Shown piece by piece: positions 41,209-50,100 of a stretch of 64,000 nucleotides of DNA. The notes beneath the pieces were generated by a model. It ran no database searches. It was not told the origin of the DNA and worked only from the letters and a program-made list of their open reading frames with translations. The DNA comes from Xanthobacteraceae bacterium (GTDB lineage: Bacteria; Pseudomonadota; Alphaproteobacteria; Rhizobiales; Xanthobacteraceae), in NCBI GenBank assembly GCA_035565575.1, contig DATMSE010000130.1, forward strand, positions 1,107 through 65,106, read 5' to 3'. A program made the position numbers and the translations under genes. Numbering within the stretch: the stretch's first letter is position 1; each line of letters starts with the position of its first letter.

Positions 41209-42432
41209 TCAATCCTTCGGACGTTCCTTGGCAACATCCTCCTCGCTCGGCAGGAAATCCTTGCCGTCGCGATAGACCGAATCGACCATCACGCCCTTGC
41301 CGTCCTTCACCGCAGTCTTGCCGACATAGGCACCGAGCGTCGCCTGATGATCGCTCTTGCGGAAGGTGATCTCACCGAACGGCGAACTCAGCTTGATGCC
41401 TTCGGCGGCTTCGATCAGCTTGTCGGTGTCGGTGCTGCCCGCTTTGGCGAGAATCGCGGCCGCGGCCTTGATCGCACCGTAACCGACGATCGAGCCGAGA
41501 CGCGGATAATCGTTGAACTTGGCCTGATAGGCTTTGAGGAACTTGTCGTGATCGGCGGTCTTGATGTCGTACCAAGGATAGCCGGTGACGATCCAGCCGG
41601 TCGGCGTCTCGTCCTTGAGCGGGTCGAGATATTCCGGCTCGCCGGTCAGGAAGCTGACCACCGACTTGCCCTTGAACAGGCCGCGCGTATTGCCTTCCCG
41701 CACGAACTTCACGAGATCCGGACCGAACTCGACGTTGAGGATGGCTTCTGGATTGGTGGCGGCGAGCGCCTGCACCACCGGGCCGGCATCGATCTTGCCC
41801 TGCGGCGGCCACTGCTCGCCGACCCACTGAACGTCCGGGCGCTTCTTCGACAGCAGCGTCTTGAACACGGCGACCGCGGACTGGCCGTACTCATAGTTCG
41901 GCGCGACGGTAGCCCAGCGCTTCGCCGGGAGCTTTGCCGCCTCATCCGCCAGCATCGCCGCTTGCATATAGTTCGAAGGCCGCAACCGGAACGTATAACG
42001 ATTGCCTTTCGTCATCGTCATCGCGTCGGTCAGCGGCTCGGCGGCCAGGAAGAAGACTTTCTTCTGCTTGGCGAAGTCGCTGACCGCGAGGCCGATATGC
42101 GAGAAGAAGGTGCCAGTCAGCATCACCACCTTCTCGCTCGAGACCAGTTCGTTCGCAGCGGTCACCGCATCCGCCGGCTTGCCGTTGTCGTCCTTGGAGA
42201 TGACGAGGAGCTTCTTGCCGTTGATGCCGCCGGCGGCGTTGACCTCCTCGAGCGCAAGCTGCCAGCCCTTGCGATACGGTTCGGTGAAGGACGGCAAGGC
42301 GGAATAGCTGTTGATCTCGCCGATCTTGATTTCGTCCTGCGCCAGCGCGCCCGTGGTCATGACACCAGTCGTCATCGCGGCCGTTGCCAGCCCGGCCAGC
42401 ACGATGCCGAGAATCCCACTCTGTCGTCGCAT
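41209..42432 (-). CDS. Liv/HAAT-type periplasmic substrate-binding protein
   Basis: Signal peptide MRRQSGILGIVLAGLATAAMTTGVMTTGALA, then a type I PBP fold (IKIGEINSYSALPSFTEPY). Confidence 0.88.
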   Translation of the reverse strand: MRRQSGILGIVLAGLATAAMTTGVMTTGALAQDEIKIGEINSYSALPSFTEPYRKGWQLALEEVNAAGGINGKKLLVISKDDNGKPADAVTAANELVSSEKVVMLTGTFFSHIGLAVSDFAKQKKVFFLAAEPLTDAMTMTKGNRYTFRLRPSNYMQAAMLADEAAKLPAKRWATVAPNYEYGQSAVAVFKTLLSKKRPDVQWVGEQWPPQGKIDAGPVVQALAATNPEAILNVEFGPDLVKFVREGNTRGLFKGKSVVSFLTGEPEYLDPLKDETPTGWIVTGYPWYDIKTADHDKFLKAYQAKFNDYPRLGSIVGYGAIKAAAAILAKAGSTDTDKLIEAAEGIKLSSPFGEITFRKSDHQATLGAYVGKTAVKDGKGVMVDSVYRDGKDFLPSEEDVAKERPKD

Positions 42433-42546
42433 TCCATCCTCCACTGTTGGAAGGGACAGTCGTCCCTACGGTGCATCTCCGTCCATCCACTTGTAGCCGA
42501 TGGGATGGTTCGAAGCAGTCCTAAATTTCAGGCAGAGCGATCTTGA

Positions 42547-43131
42547 TTAACGCAAGCCGTCTTCGCCCTTGATCTCCGAATGCTTGAGGCCGCCGACGCG
42601 CGGCAGCGGGCGGCCGCTGTCGGTGACGGCGACGGCGACCATGATCTCGCCCGCGCGCGGAGCATCGTTGATCTGCACTTCCATGCCATCGAAGTGGCTG
42701 CGCACGAAAGCTGCGTCTTTATGCCCCAGCGGAATATCGAGCACGGTGCCGAGACCGCCGCGCTTCTTCGACGACGGAATCAGTGCAGCGCCTTTGGTCA
42801 GCACCTTGCGAAACGGTGCGCCGAGTTTCGGATGCAGGATCGCGGCAGCATGTTCGAGTTCGCCATTCTCGCCGACCGCGGCGGCCTTGCCATAGCTCTG
42901 CACATGGGCGCCATCGATGCCGAGCGCCGCGACGGCGCGCTTGGCCAGCAGATCGCCGAGCTCTTCGCCGATATCCATCAGCGGCGACAGATCATCGACA
43001 TACTGTCCCGCGAACGGATTTTCGATCACGGCCACGGCGGCCGCGCGACGCGTCGGCGGGTTCACCGCATGACCGCCTTCCTGCAAGGTTTCCTCGACCA
43101 CGGTCATGATCTTGCGAATTCGAGCGCTCAT
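42547..43131 (-). CDS. DUF1185 ('amino acid synthesis', PF06684-like) protein, paralog B
   Basis: 194 aa and clearly paralogous to the upstream gene (shared NPFAG.YV.D, YGK.A..G..GELEH, VRSHFD.MEV, RVGGLK.SEIKG.DGLR). ATGA overlap with the upstream stop. Confidence 0.8.
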   Translation of the reverse strand: MSARIRKIMTVVEETLQEGGHAVNPPTRRAAAVAVIENPFAGQYVDDLSPLMDIGEELGDLLAKRAVAALGIDGAHVQSYGKAAAVGENGELEHAAAILHPKLGAPFRKVLTKGAALIPSSKKRGGLGTVLDIPLGHKDAAFVRSHFDGMEVQINDAPRAGEIMVAVAVTDSGRPLPRVGGLKHSEIKGEDGLR

Positions 43132-43712
43132 CGCAGTCCATCCTGTCCCTTGATCTCGCTGGCCTTCAATCCGCCGACGCGCGCGTGAATCCGCGAGCCG
43201 GTGGTCATCACCAGCGCCAGCAGCAACTCGTCGGCACGCGGCGCGTCGACAATCCCGACCTCCATCGCATCGAAGTGCGAGCGCACATACGATGCATTGA
43301 TGTGCGTCACCGGCACGTCGAGCCGCGTCCCCGGTCCGCCGACTTTCTTCGCCGACGGCACGATGGCTTTCGCTTCGCCGAGAATCTCGCGCATCGCGTA
43401 ACCGCCCGGCACGTGCCACAGCGCGCCGTGTTCAAGCTCGCCGGCCGAGCCGATGATGGCACCCTTGCCATAGCCTTGAATGCGCGAAGCATCGTTGCCG
43501 AGTGCTTTCAGCAGGCTGCGCGCCATCTCGACGCCGAGCGGATTCAGATCATCCATGAATCCGGCGATGTCTTCGACATAACGGCCGGCGAACGGATTGC
43601 GGATCACCGCGAGCGCCGCGCCACGAAACAACGGCTGCGCCGGCGGCGGGCCGCCTTCGTGCAGAATTTCCTCGATGATGATGACACGCTTGCGAAGGAC
43701 GACTTCAGGCAT
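43128..43712 (-). CDS. DUF1185 ('amino acid synthesis', PF06684-like) protein, paralog A
   Basis: 194 aa. See paralog B. Its start overlaps the UPF0280 gene end by 8 nt. Confidence 0.8.
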   Translation of the reverse strand: MPEVVLRKRVIIIEEILHEGGPPPAQPLFRGAALAVIRNPFAGRYVEDIAGFMDDLNPLGVEMARSLLKALGNDASRIQGYGKGAIIGSAGELEHGALWHVPGGYAMREILGEAKAIVPSAKKVGGPGTRLDVPVTHINASYVRSHFDAMEVGIVDAPRADELLLALVMTTGSRIHARVGGLKASEIKGQDGLR

Positions 43713-44619
43713 CGATCAGATTTCCGGTTGGCGCGATAACCGCGCGTGAATGCGACAGGTCGAATGCGCGCGAATGAGATGGCGCGACGATCTGCATTTC
43801 GCCTTGCAGACAGAGCGCAGCGCCTTCGACGAGGCCGCGCGACAGCAGTTCGCGCGCGAAAGCCGCCCCCGCATCCAGCGCCATCGTGACTTCGTCATAT
43901 GTCAGCGGCGCGACCTCGCGGGTGACGAGACGCTCGCCGAGATCGCTGTCGGGTTGAATCTCGCATGCCGGCACGCGCAGGATTCCGGGATGATCCGGCA
44001 GATCGACGGCGTTGGCGATCATCGTCGCAGCGGCATCGGCTTGCGACGCGGTGCGCGCGAGAACGGTGACGGCATCGGCGATGCCGAGCGAAAAGCTGCG
44101 GCCATGGCGGCCGCTGGTGGCGACGCCGCGCACCGCGCTATCGGCATCGATCACCGTCTTGCCCGCAAGCGTCGGCGGATCGATATGCGCGACCAATCCG
44201 ATCGTGAACTGTTGGCCAGGTGCAAGATGCAATGCGATGTCGCCGCCGTTATTGACATAGGCGCGATCGAGCGTTGCGGCCCTGATCATTGCGCCAAGAA
44301 TCTCTTCGGCGACCGCGCCGGCCACCGCCGCCATCGGCGTGATGAAATGGGTCTCCGCGAACGGCGCGACGGCGCCATGCATGCGCCGCGCGACCACGCC
44401 TTTCAGGCTCGGGAATCTTGCGGCAGCACGGCGGCGCAATTCGGGCAGCTCGCCACAAAGCTTATCCAGCAATCCGGTGAAGGATTCCGCCGCCGCCGCG
44501 TAGGCGATCTCGATCGCGGCGCGGTCGCCGCATGCCTCGATCACCAGATCGATGGGGCCGTCCTGCAGGTGCAGACGGCGGCCGTCCGGCAACAACGCGA
44601 TTTGCGGGCGGCGCATCAT
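43705..44619 (-). CDS. UPF0280 family protein (ApbE-superfamily-like)
   Basis: 304 aa. The pattern ...FITPMAAVAGAVAEEI...VNNGGDIAL... recalls UPF0280/COG2122. ATGA-type overlap with the upstream stop. Confidence 0.65.
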   Translation of the reverse strand: MMRRPQIALLPDGRRLHLQDGPIDLVIEACGDRAAIEIAYAAAAESFTGLLDKLCGELPELRRRAAARFPSLKGVVARRMHGAVAPFAETHFITPMAAVAGAVAEEILGAMIRAATLDRAYVNNGGDIALHLAPGQQFTIGLVAHIDPPTLAGKTVIDADSAVRGVATSGRHGRSFSLGIADAVTVLARTASQADAAATMIANAVDLPDHPGILRVPACEIQPDSDLGERLVTREVAPLTYDEVTMALDAGAAFARELLSRGLVEGAALCLQGEMQIVAPSHSRAFDLSHSRAVIAPTGNLIDA

Positions 44620-46091
44620 TGCGGCCTGTCCTTTTTCGGCGGCGCGGGTGCGTTGCGCACCTCGGTGTCGCGCGTGAGCGACGACAGCGGGCGCACATAA
44701 TCCATGTGGCCGCCGAGCGCGGCGTAATCATCGAGCCGCATGGTGAATTCGATCGGCGCCACCAATGCCGGCGTCGGCACATAGCCAAACGCGCCGGCGG
44801 GCATCTGCGTCACATCGACCATGAAGGTGATGCCGCCGCCCGGCCAGACATAAACCGGCGCGCCGCCGCTGGTCACCGAGGTGAGCGCCTCCTTCACCGA
44901 GCGCGTCAGCCGCACCGGATTGTCGGTGACGCCGGCGCGCAGCGATCCGCCGGCGCCGCCCATGAACAGCACGGTGCACAGCGCCGGTTCGCAATTCTCC
45001 TGAATCCGCTCGACCGATTGCTGAAGATTCTCCGGCAGCGGCTTCTCCACCGGCTGCAAACGCTCGTCGAGTTCAAAATAGGCGTAGTGTTCGCCGGTGG
45101 TCGATACCATCAGCATCCGCAGCCCAGGCTTCGCCACCTTGGGATTGAACGGGCCGAGCACGGTGAGCGGATCGGAAATCTGCGTGCCGCCCCAGCCGGT
45201 GCCGGGCTCGGCGACCTGGAAGTAACGGCCCGGCGTCGAACGCCGGCCTTTCATCTTGATGCCGGTCTCGGGAATATCGAGCAGCTTGCCGGCCTGATGT
45301 TCCGACAAGACGCCGGTGATGTGATCGTCGACCACGACGACCTCGTCGACCTTGCCCTGCCACTGCTTGGCGAACATGCCGATGGTGGCGGAGCCGCAGC
45401 CGACGCGCATCCGCACTTCCGGCACGCCGTTGACGATCGGCGGCTGCCCCGCCTGCACCACAACCGTCGCGCCGCCGTCGATGGTGAGCTCGACGGCCTT
45501 GCCGTTGCACAGGTCCATCAACGCGTCGCAGGTGACGCGGCCCTCTTTCTTCGAGCCGCCGGTCAAATGATGCACACCTCCGAGCGAGAGCATCTGCGAG
45601 CCGTATTCGCCGGTGGTGACGTGGCCGATGGCCTCGCCTTCCGCGCGCACCGTCGCGGTTTCCGGGCCGAGGAAGCGATCGGTATCGATCTTCACCTTGA
45701 CGCCGCAGTAACTGAAGATGCCTTCGGTCACCACGGTGACCATATCGACGCCATCGATCTCCGACGAGACGATGAACGGCGCGGGCTTGTAATCGGGATA
45801 GGTGGTACCGGCGCCGATGGCGGTGACCATCACGTCGCGGCCGGAGACCAGCTTGCCGTCCCACTCGCCGGATTTCTGGAACGGCACCACCGCGCCGCCT
45901 TGCGACACCGTGCGCTGAAGCACGACATGCGGATCGACGCGCACCAAGGTGCCGTTCTCGTTGGCATAGCGGTCGCACGCGCCGGTATTGCCGGGCTTGA
46001 TGTAGCACATCACCGGGCAGGCATCGCAGCGGATCTTGTCGCCGTCGGTGGCGCCCGCTGCTATCGGCGATCCTTCATTCATCATCGGCAC
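44616..46091 (-). CDS. 6-hydroxynicotinate reductase-like Fe-S protein
   Basis: 491 aa. N-terminal Cys cluster IRCDACPVMCYIKPGNTGACDRYAN (C-x2-C-x3-C-x9-C). I recognise this opening and length as the family annotated 6-hydroxynicotinate reductase in proteobacteria. GTG at 46091 (ATG 46085 is the alternative). Confidence 0.65.
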   Translation of the reverse strand: MPMMNEGSPIAAGATDGDKIRCDACPVMCYIKPGNTGACDRYANENGTLVRVDPHVVLQRTVSQGGAVVPFQKSGEWDGKLVSGRDVMVTAIGAGTTYPDYKPAPFIVSSEIDGVDMVTVVTEGIFSYCGVKVKIDTDRFLGPETATVRAEGEAIGHVTTGEYGSQMLSLGGVHHLTGGSKKEGRVTCDALMDLCNGKAVELTIDGGATVVVQAGQPPIVNGVPEVRMRVGCGSATIGMFAKQWQGKVDEVVVVDDHITGVLSEHQAGKLLDIPETGIKMKGRRSTPGRYFQVAEPGTGWGGTQISDPLTVLGPFNPKVAKPGLRMLMVSTTGEHYAYFELDERLQPVEKPLPENLQQSVERIQENCEPALCTVLFMGGAGGSLRAGVTDNPVRLTRSVKEALTSVTSGGAPVYVWPGGGITFMVDVTQMPAGAFGYVPTPALVAPIEFTMRLDDYAALGGHMDYVRPLSSLTRDTEVRNAPAPPKKDRPQ

Positions 46092-46206
46092 AATCCGCGA
46101 GCAAGAACAAATGAGTCAAGGAAGGTTTCGGGCGCGGTCATCACAGCCGCGACATCTCCAGCATTTCCGTCCCTGCTCATCCTGTCCGGGCCCGCCCGGC
46201 ACATCA

Positions 46207-46218
46207 TTCGTATACGAA
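46207..46218. promoter_or_regulatory. 12-bp perfect palindrome TTCGTATACGAA upstream of the hnr-like operon (candidate MarR operator)
   Basis: Perfect palindrome with the same GTATAC core as 35737-35748. Extends to ATCaTTCGTATACGAAcGAT. Lies 116 nt upstream of the hnr-like start. Confidence 0.45.
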
Positions 46219-46348
46219 CGATTTTGGGCGGGGGCGCGAAAACTGTCAAGCGGTCCGATGCGCAATTTCTTCGCACCTGCCGATCCTTTGCGCTGCAATG
46301 CCGACCCGCGCCGGGCAATGGGCAGTGCAGCATCGGCGCGTCCTTGCA

Positions 46349-46364
46349 CGTTTGTACACAAACG
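46349..46364. promoter_or_regulatory. inverted repeat CGTTTGT-AC-ACAAACG in the hnr/nicA intergenic region
   Basis: 7-bp perfect arms with a 2-nt spacer. About 230 nt upstream of nicA. Confidence 0.3.
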
Positions 46365-46548
46365 GTATTCTCGACGTCCCAGTTTTGGAAGTTCGCGTTA
46401 TGCGCAAATTTGCCACACGAGAATCGTCGTCCCTGCCAACGGGTCGGCGCGAAGCGCCGCCCGATGACAGGCTCCGGCAGGGACCCATACGCCGCGGCGG
46501 TTCGGTTCAATCACTCATGGCGAGGTTACTCTACAATAATTCAGGCAA

Positions 46549-46581
46549 GGGGTTGTGGGTCCCCGCCTGCGCGGGGACGAC
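46549..46581 (+). repeat. REP-like hairpin repeat, family A (GGGGTTGTGGGTCCCCGCCTGCGCGGGGACGAC)
   Basis: A 33-nt unit identical to the reverse complement of 61683-61715. Core hairpin is GTCCCCGC-CTGC-GCGGGGAC. Ends 10 nt before the nicA ATG. Confidence 0.8.
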
Positions 46582-46590
46582 GCTGAGAGC

Positions 46591-47121
46591 ATGACAAACG
46601 CTGAGCGCATGACTTCAGACCCGATCCGCCTGACCGTCAATGGCACGAGCCACAGCATCGCGGCGGCGGCGGATACGCCGCTGCTCTACATCCTGCGCAA
46701 CGATCTCGAACTCAACGGGCCGAAGTTTGGCTGCGGGCTCGGCGAATGCGGCGCGTGCACGGTGCTCGTCGACGGCATGGCCGCGCGATCCTGCGTGCTG
46801 CCGCTCGCAGCCTGCGCCGGGCGCAGCATCACCACGCTGGAAGGGCTCGGCTCGCGCGAGCGGCCGGACCCGCTGCAGGCGGCATTCGTGACGCATCAGG
46901 CGGCGCAGTGCGGCTATTGCCTCAACGGCATGATCATGACGGCGAAGGCGCTGCTGCTGCGCAATCCCCATCCGTCCGAGCAGGAGATCAAGCAGGCGCT
47001 GCGCTACAACCTGTGCCGCTGCGGCACGCATGTGGAAATTCTCGCCGCGGTGATGACGGCCGCCGGCCATCATGTCGCGCGCGATCACGCGGCGGGAGGC
47101 GCGGCCGATGCGACGCACTGA
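46591..47121 (+). CDS. nicA: (2Fe-2S)-binding small subunit of a Mo-hydroxylase (NicA/IorA-like)
   Basis: Two [2Fe-2S] motifs (CGLGECGACTV and QCGYCLNGMI). Start at ATG 46591 or 46609. Confidence 0.8.
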   Translation: MTNAERMTSDPIRLTVNGTSHSIAAAADTPLLYILRNDLELNGPKFGCGLGECGACTVLVDGMAARSCVLPLAACAGRSITTLEGLGSRERPDPLQAAFVTHQAAQCGYCLNGMIMTAKALLLRNPHPSEQEIKQALRYNLCRCGTHVEILAAVMTAAGHHVARDHAAGGAADATH

Positions 47122-50100
47122 CGGCGCCGATCCCGACATGACGACCACCTCTGGCGCCGAATCGCTGTCGGTCGTGCGCAGCACGCCGGACGATCCCGCC
47201 GGCAGCAGCTTCGAGATTTACATCACCATCGACGCCAGCGGACAGGTGTTCGCCTATAACGGCCATGTCGATCTCGGCACCGGCATCCGCACCGCGCTGA
47301 CGCAGATCGTGGCGGAAGAACTCGACGTGGCGCTGGATCGCGTCACCATGGTGCTGGGCGACACCACGAAGACGCCCAATCAGGGCCCGACCATCGCCAG
47401 CGAAACCATTCAGATCACCGCGGTGCCGTTGCGCAACGCGGCCGCGCAGGCGCGACATTACTTGCTGGCGCGCGCCGCCGAACAGCTCAATCAGCCCATC
47501 GATTCACTCTCGATCGAGGACGGGTTGATCCGCGCGCAGAACAATCACAGCGTCAGCTACGCCGAACTGGTGGCAGGCCACACGGTGCGCCTTGAACTGC
47601 GCGACGATGTGACCTTGAAGGACGTCAACTCCTACAAGCTGGTCGGCCGCGCGGTGCCGCGCCTCGAAATTCCGGCGATGACCACCGGCGAGATGATCTA
47701 TGTGCACGACGTGCGCGTGCCCGGCATGCTGCACGGCCGCGTGGTGCGCCCGCCTTATGCCGGCGTCGATGCCGGCGATTTCGTCGGCACCAGCCTGATC
47801 GCGGTGGACGAAAGCTCGGTCGCGGATATTCCCGGCCTCATCGCCGTGGTGCGGATCGGCGATTTCGTCGGCGTGGTGGCCGATCGCGAGGAAAATGCGA
47901 TCCGCGCCGCCAGTCAGTTGAAACTGACATGGAAGCCGACGCCGACCTTGCCGGACCTCAACGACATCGCCACCGCGCTGCGCGCCAATCCGAGCACGCC
48001 GCGCGTGCTGCGCGACACCGGGGATGTCGACGCAGCATTGGCCAGCGCCGCCACGCCGATGCAACGCACCTATGTGTGGCCGTATCATATTCACGGCTCG
48101 ATCGGGCCGTCGTGTTCGGTCGCGGATTACACCGATAGCGGCTTGCGGGTGTGGACCGGATCGCAGAACCCGCACAACCTGCGCGCCGATCTCGCGAAAC
48201 TGCTGGCGCTGCCGGAAGCCCGCATCGACGTGATCCGGCTGGAGGCCGCCGGCTGCTACGGCCGCAACGGCGCCGACGATGTCAGCGCCGACGCGGCGCT
48301 GCTCTCGCGCGCGGTCGGCCGTCCGGTGCGGGTGCAGCTTACCCGCGAGCAGGAACATGCGTGGGACCCGAAGGGCACCGGGCAGTTGATGGAAATCAAC
48401 GGCGGGCTCGATGCGAACGGCGCGCCGGCCGCTTACGACTTCGCCACGCGCTATCCGTCCAACGCCGCGCCGACACTGGCGCTGCTGCTCACCGGCGCGG
48501 TGCCGCCGGTCGCCGCGACCTTGCAGATGGGCGATCGCACCGCGATCCCGCCCTACGATTATCCTGCGATGCGCGTGATCGCCCACGACATGGCGCCAAT
48601 CGTGCGCGCCTCATGGTTTCGCGGCGTCTCGGCGCTGCCCAACACTTTCGCGCACGAATCCTACATCGACGAACTCGCCACCGAAGCCGGCGTCGATCCG
48701 ATCGAATACCGGCTGCGCTATCTGAAGGACGAGCGCGCGGCCAAACTGGTGCGCGAGGTCGCCGAGCGCGCCAAATGGGAGCCGCGCCCGACATGGACGC
48801 CGAAGGAGGCCGACGGCGACGTGGTGCGCGGCCGCGGCTTCGCTTACGCGGTCTACGTGCACGGCCCGTTTCCCGGCACCGCGGCGGCGTGGTCGGCGTG
48901 GGTCGCCGATGTCGCGGTCAACAAGGCGACCGGCGACGTCGCGGTGACGCATGTGACCGTGGGGCAGGACTCCGGCCTCGTCATCAATCCCGACGGCGTA
49001 CGGCATCAGATCCACGGCAACGTCATCCAGTCCACCAGCCGCGCGCTGATGGAGGAAGTGACGTTCGAGCCTTCCGCCGTCGCGAGCCGCGAATGGGGCG
49101 GTTATCCGATCATCACCTTCCCCGACGTGCCGACAATCGACGTGGTGATCGTCGAGCGGCCGGACCAGCCGCCGCTTGGGGTGGGCGAATCCGCCTCGGT
49201 GCCGAGCGCCGCCGCCATCGCCAACGCCATTTTCGACGCGACCGGCGTGCGTTTTCGCGAGTTGCCGTTCACGCCGGACCGGATTCGCGCGGGACTGCTG
49301 GCGGCCGAAGAAAAGACAAGGCCGCCTTCACCTTTGAAGAAGCGCGGGCTGTGGGCCGGGCTCGCCGCACTGTGTACGGCGGCGGTTGGACTGATCGTTA
49401 CCGCCTCGCCATGGCGGCCGGCGATCGCGCCGATCGCGCCGCCGGATGCCTCCACATACTCGGCCGCGACCATCGCGCGCGGCGCGCAGCTCGCGGCGCT
49501 CGGCGATTGCGCGGTGTGCCACACCCAGGACGGCGGCATCGTCAATGCCGGCGGCCGGCCGCTGGAGACGCCGTTCGGCCTCGTCTATGCCACCAACATC
49601 ACGCCGGATGTCGAGACCGGCATCGGCGCGTGGTCATATCCCGCCTTCGCGCGCGCCATGCGCGAGGGCATCCATCGCGACGGCCGGCATCTCTATCCGG
49701 CGTTTCCCTATAATCACTTCGCGAAAACCAGCGAAGCCGACTTGCAGGCGCTCTACGCCTATCTGATGGCGCAGCCGCCGGTGCGGCAGACCAATCCGGA
49801 AACCAGGCTCGCCTTCCCGCTGAACCTGCGGCCGCTATTGGCGGGATGGAATCTCTTGTTTCATTCGACGGCGGCCTTCGCGGCCGATCCGACCCAATCG
49901 GACGCCTGGAATCGCGGCGCCTATCTGGTGGAAGGGCTCGGCCATTGCGGCGCCTGCCACACGCCGCGCAACGCGCTCGGCGCGGAGAAGGCGTCGCTGA
50001 AACTCGCCGGCGGCGCAGCCGAAGGCTGGACCGCGCCGCCCTTGACGTCGCTGTCGCACGCGCCGATCCCGTGGAGCGAGCAGGAGCTGTTCACGTATCT

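Noticed and set aside
46497-46515. GGTTCGGTTCAATC string resembling a tRNA T-arm
   Set aside because: No acceptor stem, anticodon arm or D-arm can be built around it.
44532-46586. 684-aa plus-strand ORF across the hnr-like gene and the 500-bp intergenic region
   Set aside because: It has no recognisable domains. It runs through non-coding sequence, including the palindromes and a REP element. The minus-strand gene has a coherent Fe-S protein sequence.
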